Positions 52,801-64,000 of a DNA stretch of 64,000 nucleotides are shown here, in pieces. A model generated the notes under the pieces. It did not search any database. It was not told where the DNA came from and saw nothing but the letters and a program-made list of their open reading frames with translations. The position numbers were made by a program, and so were the translations under genes. The stretch covers positions 27,778,001-27,842,000 of the forward strand of contig NC_087437.1 in NCBI RefSeq assembly GCF_036321535.1. Direction: 5' to 3'. The stretch comes from Camelus dromedarius. Lineage: Eukaryota. Position 1 is the stretch's first letter. Every line of letters begins with the position of its first letter.

Positions 52801-53830
52801 GGGTGTTCAATTTTGTCAAATGTTTTTCTGTATCTATTGATATAATCATGTGATTTTTCTTTTTTAAGTCTGTTATTGTAATAGATTACAATATTTAATT
52901 TTTTTTGAGGAACCAACCTTTATACGTGGAATAAATCTTACTTGATTTTGGTGTATAATTCTTTTTGTACATTATTGAAGTCAATTGTCTAAGATTTTGC
53001 TGACAATTTTTGCATCTATGTCCATGAGAGATATTGGTCTGTAGTTTTCTTTTCTTGTAATCTTTTGTCTGGTTTTGTTATTAGGATAATGCTAGGCTTG
53101 TAGAATGAGTTAGGAAGTATTCCCTCTGCTTCCATCTTCTAGAAGAGAAGAGGGAATCGGTATCATCTGTTAGTTAAATATTTGGTAGAATTCACTAATG
53201 AACCCATCTGGGACTGGTGCTTTCTCTATTGGAAGATAATTAACCATTGGTTTAATTTCTTTAACATATATAGGCCTATTTAGATTGTTTATTTCTTTTT
53301 GTGTGAGTTTGGGCAGATTATTTCTTTCAAGAATTTGGTTCATTACACCTGGGTTATCAATTGGTGGTCACAGAGTTACTCATACTACTCCTTTACTATC
53401 TTTTTACTGTCCATGGGATCAATAGTGATGGCCCTCTTTCATTTCTGATACTAGTAATTTATGTACTCTCTTTTTTTCTTAGTTAGTCTTCCTAAAGGTA
53501 TATTGATTTTATTTATATCTTTAAAAAAACCCAGCTTTTTTGTTTGGTTGATTTTCTCTGTAGATTACCTACTTTCAACTTAATTGATTCCTGCTCTAAT
53601 TCTCATTATTTTGTTCTCTTTACTCTGGATTTAATTTATTCTTCTCTTTCTAGTTTCCTAAGGTGGAAACCTAGATTATTGATTTTGGGTCTTTTTTCTT
53701 TGCTAATATATACGTTCAGTGCTATATAAATTTTCCTGTAAATACTGATTTTGCTGCATCCCACAAATTTTGCTAAGTTGTGTTTTCATTTTAAATTAGT
53801 TTAAAATACTTTAAAAATTCTCTTGAGAAT
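49310..53830 (-). mobile_element. Old L1M (3' end and ORF2 part), interrupted at 50456-51655 by a younger L1
   Basis: Antisense L1 3'UTR and ORF2 motifs, e.g. minus-strand peptide HSCWECKMLQPLWKTVW. Internal (TTTA)n at 49808-49870. Confidence 0.85.
50456..51655 (+). mobile_element. Younger 5'-truncated LINE-1 (ORF2 C-terminus and 3'UTR)
   Basis: MFIAALFTIAKIRKQSKCPSIDDWIKKMW, aataaa at ~51591, A-rich tail. Confidence 0.9.
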
Positions 53831-54179
53831 GTAGAAGCTATATAACAAGGTCAAGAACTAGGATTTAGAATTGTAATTCACATCCTGTAGCATTTTAAGG
53901 ATTCAATGCTTTAATTTTAGCTACTATGCTTACAATGCTATACAAACCTTCTCCAGTGGATAATCTTTTCCATTTGTATATAAAGTTCAGATTGTGTCAT
54001 TTTCTAAACTTGTCCTCAAATTTTAAAGATGCTCCCTATGTCCTATCTGTAACATCTGTACTGCATATTGATTATCAACTTTCTGATGATTAGAATAAAA
54101 AACTATATATCATAGTGAACTAAAAGCTTGAGGGTCTTTTGCTAGAATGAAAAATAGGAAAAGCATCACTTTCAGTATA

Positions 54180-56580
54180 ATAATAAGAAAAACCTGCAAA
54201 ATCTATAAAATGCCAGCACTTCAACAAAATCATAACTTTTCTTCAACCAATCAGAGAACTGAGTTTCATAGGGTAATAAACAACCTGGAAACTAAGGAAA
54301 AATAGGTGGCTCTATTAAAATATAAGAAAGTGAGTTTACCTGGGGTAAAGCATGGGGGAAATGGGGGTATGTATACCAAACAAGTGGGTAAGAAAAAAAT
54401 TACCTAAATTTATAATGAATTGTTAAAGGCTAACTGTGGGTTGGAAAACTATTCTTAAAAGGTTAGATAGTAAACATTTCAGGCCTTGTGGGCTCTGTTG
54501 CAACTATTTACCTCTGTGTTGATAGTACAAAAACAGCCATAGACATTATGCAAGTGATTTGTGTGGCTGCATTCTACTGAAAATTTATTTACAAAACCAG
54601 ATGATCGACCCACAAACCATACTTTTCTGGGCCCTAATATAGAATACCTGAAAATGGCAGACACAAAGGCAGTTTGTTTTTGTGCCCACTTCCAGACTCT
54701 TTTCCAAGGACCTCACTGGTTTCTCATGATACAGATTGGGAGCAGGGCAGTAGCTCAAAGAGACACCCCTGGCAGTGCAGGACTGAGGTAGGGAAACAGC
54801 AGTGGGAGACAGAAACCCCTGCCTGGATTCTTTCCCCTATCTTTTCTATGAAACAAAAACTTTAAACCTCTAGAGGACTGGCAGCAAATACTGTTTTTTC
54901 TCAGACATAGTTAGACTCATTGGAGCTTCATATGAGGGAATAGGAAAACAAAACAAAACTCTACTCATGAGAAAAGGACAGGAATTCCCCTTGGCTCAGA
55001 CCACTAGAGGTCAACTACAACTACTGGCCAGGGGGCAGAATCACTGAACAATCTCTTCCTGTGAGACTCTAGGCAGAGGTCCTGCCTAAGACTGAGGCTA
55101 AAGGAGGAAACAGAGAATACCCACCCCCCACCACCAGGCTTGCTAGCACAGGATAATAACTAACAAGCCTATCGCTGGGGGAGGGGCAAGAAGACAGAGA
55201 TCTCCTTTGAGGTTTAGGTTCATAGAAAAGGACTAAACTTGAGAGTGAAAATGGAAGATTGAGAAATATTTGAAAACTCAATCCCTACCTTAAGCACAAG
55301 GCAATGTTAGTGGAATCTGAAGATAGTAGTATGCTAACTGTAAACACAGAACTAACAAAACACAAACTTTACTCAACTTTTGACTAGATCGACTCAACTT
55401 TCCATATTAAATGTATAGTAGAAGAGATGTGCTTAAGTCCAGGCATATACCTCTATCTATATCATCTACGTATATCTCAGTCTTTACTGTCCTACACATG
55501 ATAACCAGCTTTCAATCAAAAATTATGAGATACACAAAAATTCAAATGAAAACAACTTTCTGTCAAGAGACAGTGCAATCTGCAGAACCCAGATGTTGGA
55601 GCTATTAGGCAGGGTACCAAAAAGAGAAAATTACGATTAATATGTTAAAGGTTCTAGTGTAAAAGATGGATAACATACAAGAATATGTGGAAATTTTCAG
55701 CAGAAAAATGGAAACTATAAGAAAGTATGAAATGGAAATGCCAGAAATAAAGATATAGTAACAAAGATAAAGATCAGTCAAAATAAATTATTCAAATCAA
55801 AACACAAAGAAAGGGGGGGGAAAAAGCCAGTGCATTCAAGAACTATGGGGAAATGTCAAACAGTGTAATATATGAGCAATTGTAATCCCAAAGTGAAATG
55901 AGAGAATGGGGAGAAGACATATTTGAAAATATCATGACTGAACATCACCCCAAACAATGAAAGACTTCGTAGATTTGAAAAGTTCATAGAACACTCAGTA
56001 GGATAAATACTAAAAAGAAAAAAAGAAAGAAAGGAGGGAGGGTAGAGAGTGAAGAAGGGAGGGAAGTACATAGGAGGGAGGAAGAAAACACTTAGACACA
56101 TCATACCTGGACTACTGAACACCACAGAGCAATATAAAGTCTAGAAGGCAGCCAGTTGGAAAAAGATACACACAGAGGAACAAAGTAAGAATTATAACAG
56201 ACTTACTAGGAGCTATCTAACCATGAAGATGATGGAGTAGCATGTCTATAGTGCTGAATGAGAAAAAAAAATTGTAACTCCACAAGCTAGTGCCTAGTTA
56301 ATATATCACTGAAAAATGAAACAGAAATAAATACTTTATGGACAAGGTAAAAGAAGAGAATTCAATCAGCAAACTTTCACTACAGGAAATTTTAAAAGAG
56401 GTACTTTAAGAAGAGGAAACATGTTACCAGACAGAAGCAGATCTACACAAAGAGATAAAAAATGTTAGGAAGGGAAAAAAATGAAGGTAAATATGCAACT
56501 TTTTTTCTTATTTTGATTATGCTAAAAGATTTCTGACTAAAGAAAAATTAATAACAATGTGCTCTGTGTATACAATGTGT
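54180..56580 (+). mobile_element. Old L1M 5'UTR/ORF1 remnant, with a MER58A-like MITE at ~54440-54636
   Basis: ORF1-like motifs (atatttgaaaatatcatgactgaa; cttagacacatcata). MITE motif ctctgttgcaactattt...aaaacagccatagaca. Confidence 0.6.
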
Positions 56581-57025
56581 AAATGTTTACTGAAATCATT
56601 TTAATATTTGATAATTGGGGAAGCCTGTCAAAGTTTGTTGTGACTCAGAACTATTATTTATAATAGCACTTATTCAGCCAACAACTAACCATCCAACAAA
56701 AAACCTCCAGAAGTTTTAACATTAAAAAAAAATTGTCTAAAATTTTTGTCTTATTGTGTGAATACTTATAGATGATTTTCACTGTGGTACAATTTCCAAG
56801 GAGGTCATTCTGATTTTCCTGCTCTGATATCTTTCATGCTTTAGCGAAGAAAGAGCTATATTGCCCAATTTGATCCATTGCAGCAGTCTCCATTTGTTTA
56901 TACCAGACATTTTTCCAGTAGTGCTCTCTAAATTTATGGTATCATTTATCTACTGTCTTCCCATGTCATCTAAATTCCATTTAAAAAATTTAAAATTTTT
57001 TTAAAATCAGGGTTTATTTTTTTCT

Positions 57026-57077
<52 letters not shown>

Positions 57078-57138
57078 AGAAAGAGACAGAGAGATAGAGA
57101 AGGAGGAGGAGGAGAGAGAGAAGAAAGGGAGGAGAGGA
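57026..57138. repeat. (TG)n(GA)n and purine-rich microsatellite
   Basis: Direct observation. Confidence 0.95.
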
Positions 57139-58219
57139 AAAGTCTTCTATTAAAGAAGAAAGACTATTTTATTATACAATTTTTCATGTTTTGGATAGAA
57201 ACATTTGTTTTAAAAAGTTCATATTTTCCTATGCATGTTCATGAGTTTTCTTCTGTACATAGAAATGAACTATTATGATTTGAGTTTAAACCAAACATTT
57301 AACTCAGTTTTCATGTTTTCGTGTTAGACTATGGGCAAAAGAAGTCTGCCACAAAAATTCTGTGGTGCTTAGTAAATATGAATTTGATACACCCAGAAGT
57401 GATGTAATGTGGTAGATCAGAAACCCCATTCAACTTAGACCCTAACTGCTTCAACAGAACTCAGCAGTTCTCACATTTTCTATTCATCCCACAAGCCTCC
57501 ACAGACTTCTCATAACCTACAATGATCTCCATCAAAATAGAAAAATAGAGAGATGTTTTAAGAACACAATTTCTTTTCATGCTCACTGTCACAACTAAAT
57601 ACTGTCTGGAGGACTGTTGTTTCATTGTGCTTTTTGGTATATAATCTTTAAAAAATGTGAATCAATATATTGTACATCTATAATTTATATAATATTATAC
57701 ATTACTATAGAGGGAGCTGCATTAAAAAAGTAAAATGAGATTATTAAAACAGTGCTGGCGTTTCTTTTAGTTGAATGGGGTTCCTGGGGTTCCTTAGCTC
57801 ACCTTATTCACACTCCAAAGATTTCTGTTGCCTCCACCAAGTAATGGATCTAAATTTCACATCTTTTCTTCTCACTGCTTGAAAAAAATCCTTTCCAGAA
57901 CATTTTGAAGATGAGACTCCTAGTGTGAGAAGCAATAATGGAAACTTAAAAGGTTATCTAAAGTAATTTTAGGCCAAGTTTATAACCTTTCTCAATTCTC
58001 TGTATTTCAGTTATTATTAAATGGTGACTGCATTTGTACAATATAGTCATTGTTATGATCAACACAAAATGTTGTTTCTAAAATATATTTCTAAAAAGTA
58101 GGTAGAACAAATAATAATTCAATAATAGATTGTCTCATAAAATCTAATCTGCCTTTTGTAACAAACATATTTTCATAGGCTTCCAGAAAAACCCAAGGAC
58201 ACCTAATAGTTATCATACA

Positions 58220-61200
58220 TTTTTATTTTTAAATTAATATTTTATTGAAAATATCAGAGACAGACAAAGAGACAGAAAGAGCACAAATTGTAAGTGTAAA
58301 CCCACGTAAACAATGTCAGATCAAAAAAGAGAATACTAATCCAGTTTCCCAGAAGTCCTATTTGTCTCCTTCCCCATGATTTTTGCCACCAAATTAACTA
58401 TTTTTCTCACTTATTTATTACCATCAATTTATTTTTACAAAATTTTGACCTTTATATAAATAGGCTTATATAGTATATACCTTTCTGTGCCTCACTTCTT
58501 TAGCTCATTGCCATGTTTGTGAGATTGATTCATGCTGTTTTGTGCAGCAATAGGTTTTTAGTTTTCATTTCAGCATAGTATTCCATTGTAGGGATATATC
58601 ACCATTTATTCATCCATTCAACTGTTGATGCTATCAATCAATCAATCAATCAGTCAGTCAATCAACCATCTGTCCTTATCATCCTAGATATGATTTGCAG
58701 TGCAATGTTGAATACAAATAGTGGGCACACTTTCTCATCCATTCCCAAAGTCAGGGGGAAGTTTTCAATATTTCACACTTAAGTATGATTTTTGTGATAG
58801 TTTTTAATACATATTCTTTGTCAGTTTAAGGTGATTCCCTTCTTTTATTAATTTGCATTTTTCACTAAATCTGTTTTGCTAAAGAAAGCTCTTTTATTCC
58901 TAGTTTGCCTAGAGGTTTATTTTTTCTCCCCTGTGGTCTTACACTTTATCAAATGTTTTTCTACATCTTGAGACCATAGTAATGTTTCCTGTTTCATTCT
59001 TGATATATGTTATTTGTGGCTTCTTTACTTTTCACTATTTAGTCTTGCTAGAACAGTAACAATTCATTGGTCTTTCCAAATAATCAATTTTTTGACTTAT
59101 TGATTTTTCTCTTGCATGTGTATTTCCTATTTCATTTATTTTTGTCTTTTTATTGTTTATTATTTTTATTATTTCTTACTCTTATTTTTCCTTTTTTACT
59201 TTTTCTTGGGTTTAATTTGACATCTTTTTCATACTTACTGAGATTAACAAATAAACAATTGATTTTCAGGCTTTTTGCTTTTCTAATATATGAATTTTTT
59301 ATAAATTTCCCTTCAAGCACAGTGATAGCTAAATTATGTCTCAAAATATTACATTTTAGATATTATTCAGCTCAAATATTTTAATATACATATAATTTCA
59401 TCTTTTGACTTTTTAATCATGCTTAATTTCTAGACATTTGAGGATCTTATTTATCTTTTAGTTATTGATTTCTACCTTTATTCCATTATGTTCAAATAAT
59501 ACATTTGAATTGTTGGAGTCCTTTTAAATTTATTGAGTTTGACTTTTTGGCCCAAAATATGTCTATTTTTGAAAATGTTCCATATACACTTGCCAAAATT
59601 GTGTATGCTGTCATTCTTTGGTGCATCTTAACAATGTTTTTATTTTGATAATAGTGTTGCTAAGATTACTTATAGCCTTACTAGTTTTCTGGATATTTGT
59701 TTTTATCAATTGTCCAAAAGATGCGTTAAATTCTCCCTCTTTAGATTGTAGATTGGTATAGTCTTCTTTTTTAAACTGTCAATTTTTGCTTTACATATTG
59801 TGAAGCTATATTAGGTCTATTCAATAGAATTTTTTATCTTCCTTTTACATATAGAAGGATAGACCCTTCTATTATTATGAAAGATTTCTTTCATCCCTAG
59901 GAATACTTCTTGCCTTAAAGTAGATCTTAGGTGTCATTAGTATAGCAAAACCAGCTTTTTTGGGGTAAGCATTTGTATAGTATATCTCCCTAGGTCCTCT
60001 TATATATCAGAGTATATTTTGGCTTTCTTAAAAAAATTTTTTTTTTATCATTTGATAACCTTTATCTTTTAATTAGAATATTCAGACCATTTACATTTGA
60101 ATTTATTTGCTGATATTCTTGGGTTTATAGCTACTATATTATTAATACTTGTTTTATTTGTCTTACTTGTCTTATGCTCCTTTTTCTCTCCTTTTTACTT
60201 CCTTTTGGATCAATGAAAGTCTTAGGTTAGGTTCTCTAGAAACAGCCTGAGGCAGGGATTTGGATGCACAAGGATTTGGAGTGCTTTTGGAAGAAAGGGA
60301 GTAAAGGAGGTAGGATAAGGCAGGGAAGAGCTAAGCTAAGAAGTGGTTGCAGGTGGAATCTAGCTTTAGCTTAACCCCATGGGGAACTTTGGAATTTAAA
60401 ACTGTACCAGAGAGTTGGTCCAAATTTTGCCAAGGGTGCCAGCCTTTTTCACCCTGTGTCACTTAGTCATTTCCTTTGACTTTCTCTTGGGGTTGGGAGC
60501 ATATCCTGAAGGGGGAGCTGGTTCCTCTTTGATCAAGGGCAATTCAGATAAGGGAAGCTGTGAGCCATTACTAGCAAATACTCAGTTGGTGTACAGGTGC
60601 ACTGGCCAGCTAAAGGGGATCTGGACAGGGCACCATCACTATTTATTACTCTACTAATTTTATTTAATATACCATTTTTCCCATTTTCACACTTGAAGAC
60701 AATATATTCTCCTACTTTTAGTACTTTTGGTGATTACTGTAAAGACTGCAAGATATTTCCTTGACTTATTAGGTTCTAATACTGTTTTGTCCAACATAGT
60801 AGCCAGTAAATGTGGCAATTGAGCACTTAAAATGTGGCTAGTTTGAGTTGAGATTTGCTGTAAGTATAAAATACTGAATACTGAAGGTTTGGTACAAAAA
60901 CATACATAAAATAACTCACTGATGTTTTGAAAGTTGAAATTTTTGGTTAGATGCAATACATTAAAATTGATGTTACCTATTTAATTTTACATTTTATTAA
61001 CATGACTACTAGAAAATTTTAAATTATATAAGTGACTTGCATTATATTTCAATGCAACAACTGTGTCTGATATAAACTGGCACTTTTATTACTTTCTACA
61101 CAATACTACAACCTTACAATCCTTTTAGCCTCTCATATTTGTTATTGTTGCATTTTTAATTTATTATTGTAAACCCCATAAATATCATTGCTATCTTTTT

Positions 61201-61400
61201 ACATGATCAATATTCATTTATAGTTGCCCCCATTTTTATCTCTCTTTCCATTGGTCTCCATTCCTTCTGCATTTCCCTGTTCCTTCTAGAATGATTTTTC
61301 TTCTGTCTGAAGAATTCCTTTTATTATTTATTTTATTTTGGGTCCGCTGTTGATAAATTCTCTCAATTTTTGTTTGTCTAGAAATAGTTTCTCTTTCTCT
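58220..61400 (-). mobile_element. Fragmented ancient L1ME, with nested LTR (~60219-60650) and MER3/MER33-like MITE (~60782-61065)
   Basis: T-rich antisense L1 motifs. MITE motif tgtccaacatagtagcca...gagcacttaaaatgtggctagt. Confidence 0.6.
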
Positions 61401-61593
61401 CTCCTAAATCAGATATCCAGATACATATCTTTTTGTTTGTTTTTAGCTCCATGTATTTGGGAGAAGAAGAAAGTGTCTATCAACCTTTTGTGGCCTAACA
61501 AACTCACAAACCTTTATACATTCTAGAGAACAATGCTGTCAATCTAATACCATTATCAGGACAATAAGCTACAAAATAAGCGAATCAGTCAGA

Positions 61594-61843
61594 CAGGGAT
61601 TTGGATGCACACAGTTCTGGAGTTCTTTGGAAGAAAGAGAGTAAAGGAATCAGGATATGGCAGAGAAAAGCTGAGCTAAGATGTGGTTGTAGGTGGAGGC
61701 TAGCTTTAGCTTCATCCCATGGGGAACTCTGGAATTGAAAATTGTACCACAGAGTTGGCCCAAATTTTGCCAAGGGTGCCAGCCTTTTTTGTCCTTTGTC
61801 AGTCAGTCATTGCCTTTGACTTTCTGTTGGGGTTGGGAGCATA
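61594..61843 (+). repeat. ~250-bp direct duplicate of 60253-60503
   Basis: Both read cagggatttggatgcac...ccaaattttgccaagggtgccagccttttt...ggggttgggagcata. Confidence 0.9.
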
Positions 61844-64000
61844 ACAAATACTTTAAAGGTTAAAGGTTATCTTTAATAATATGTAACCGTTGCTGAAGTT
61901 CAGCTATTTTATAAAATTTCTTTATTAGAATTAACTTTAAGATGGACATTATAATGCAAAATAATAGCTACTTTTCTATAGCTTCAGTAAAAGAGTATAT
62001 ATATATGTTATTATTATTTATATATATATATATGTAATATATATATATATTATTTTTAACCTTGCTGGTATTTCTTCACAAACGTTAGAAAGGTCTAAAG
62101 GTCTGTAATTTCAAGGCTAAGTGCTATCATTTTACTAATTAGGACTAAGATAACAAAGTTTGTCTGAGGAAACAAAACTTACAAGAGAAGGGGGAAAAAA
62201 GTGTTACAACCAGGAGAAGATGAAGATGGAGCATGTAATTAGATAAAAAATATCACTTAATCAGGGCCAGTGAAATATAAGGATAAGCCCCCAGTTGGTA
62301 ATCTGGGAAAAGTTTCTCTTCAGACTATTCTTATCTCCTCTTGAAAGGGTCATGCTTGAATGTAGCATTTGTAACTACCCTGGATATCTTGCTAAGCTGA
62401 CATTGATGATTTCCCTGTGGAAAGATGCAAATTCTGGGTCATTGATAACACTGTTAAATTGATTAATCAACCAAGCATGACGGCTGCCAGTGAAACAAAA
62501 GATGTCCTTGTTCTTTAAAGCTGACTTGAGGGGCTTCTGTTGCTAGCCCAAATATGCAATGAAATGACATTATAAGGTAAAGGGGAGAAAACAAACAAAA
62601 AGAAGTAAACCCAGTGAAACTATTGGCAAAGGAAATGAGATAACACTTGAAAAAATCAGGCCCTATTCTTCCCTGAGCAAGGGTTCAGCATGCACTGAGG
62701 TCACTTAAAGTTAGGGGTAGTTAACTGAATTAAAATGACATCAATCCATTGGGAAGGAAAAAGTGCCAACATACTTATAAGTTCCACTCTATCCTACTTT
62801 ATAGCGTTTCTTCTAATTTAGTAAGAAATAATTGAGGGAATTTGTTTAAACAGTGTGTTGGAATAGAAGAAAATCTCATGACTTACGAGCATTCACTCAT
62901 TAATTCAATATCCATGAAGCTCCTCTAAGTCCTAGACAATGAGGGTGTAAAAAGATGAATGAAACATGGTTCCTACTGCATTCAAGAAGCTCCACATTCA
63001 GGAGATTCAGGTCAGAATTTTCTCCTAAACCACAAGTAGAGAATTTACCTCTGAAAGCCATACTGTTTTTGCGGTTGTACTGAATTAGTATCATCTTGCC
63101 TTATGAACTAATATGTAAGTTTGGATTCTTGTTGAGAATGTATATTTTTTGGTCTGGTAATTAAACTATGGTGATGCTTTAATTTGCTTAGAAAGAAGAG
63201 CTAACTTTAACTACTTGTACTACTTGAATGGGTAATTTGTTTTTTGGGAGTTGAATCAGGCTGTTTTTGCCCCCCGCCGCAGTTTTTATTGCTTATGTAG
63301 GATTACAGATTTATTTTCAAATTGATATTTTATAAATTATGTTTCTTGTTAACATTTGCCCAAACTCCTCCTGTAGCATACTGGCCTACATAAATTTCAA
63401 CCTTTAAAGACATAAGGTCAAAAGTCTCAGAAAATACTACAAGAATTATACTATAGTATGAAATAGATGAACAGTTAATGTAAACTAATTTTGGAGATTC
63501 TAAAAGTTGAGGATTTGTGGTTTCAGATCATAATGTATCAGCTATTTTCTGTGTTTCAGGTAGATGCACGTGTCAGAGATAGACAAATGAAGGGAACTCG
63601 TTTGAGCATGTAAAACCATGCTCTAGGATTTTAAAATTCACTTCTATGGGTCTTCATGATGATGGTGTTTTCCCTAATGATCCTGAACCTCCAGGAAAAC
63701 GTCACTGGGGAGGATTCAGAACAGGGTGCAACAGTGCTCTTTACTATGTCCTGTAGCCCCTATGGCTCGTTCTCCACATTGTCTCAATTCCAGATGTTTC
63801 CTGGCATAGTTGATACTTTCACTTTTTTCCCCTGTAGCAACAAGCCTCTGTCTTTCGGGGGTTTATGAGCTAGTCAGAGAATTGTAAGAAAATCATGTGC
63901 ATATATACAAACGCTGCCATGTAAATTCAGGGACTCCCACATATGAGTCCTTGTTATAAGGTTATAGCCCAGTTTCTGATATGGTGTACAAATTGACGTC

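Overview
Repeat-dense, AT-rich mammalian genomic DNA. It is probably camelid, inferred from short tRNA-like SINEs resembling vic-1. No intact protein-coding gene is recognisable. The only recognisable gene sequence is a complete processed pseudogene of GDI2 (38492-40618) with a 16-bp TSD and one in-frame CGA>TGA stop. The rest is mostly LINE-1 of several ages, solo LTRs, MaLR, DNA-transposon MITEs, MIR and CR1/L3 remnants, and microsatellites. The main discovery is two independent insertions (1140-3703 and 22984-26018) of the same ~3-kb composite non-autonomous retroelement, each with its own TSD. It consists of an L1 5'UTR and complete ORF1, no functional ORF2, and a mosaic tail of captured L1 fragments ending in a borrowed old-L1 polyA signal. 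All tail junctions are shared between the copies, and one copy carries a twin-priming 5' inversion. This points to a lineage-specific half-L1 (HAL1-like) family mobilised in trans by L1. A second candidate non-autonomous element (L1 5'UTR fused directly to an L1 3'UTR, 28486-29312) and a local ~250-bp duplication are also present. Repeat family names are from memory of consensus sequences and were not verified by search.
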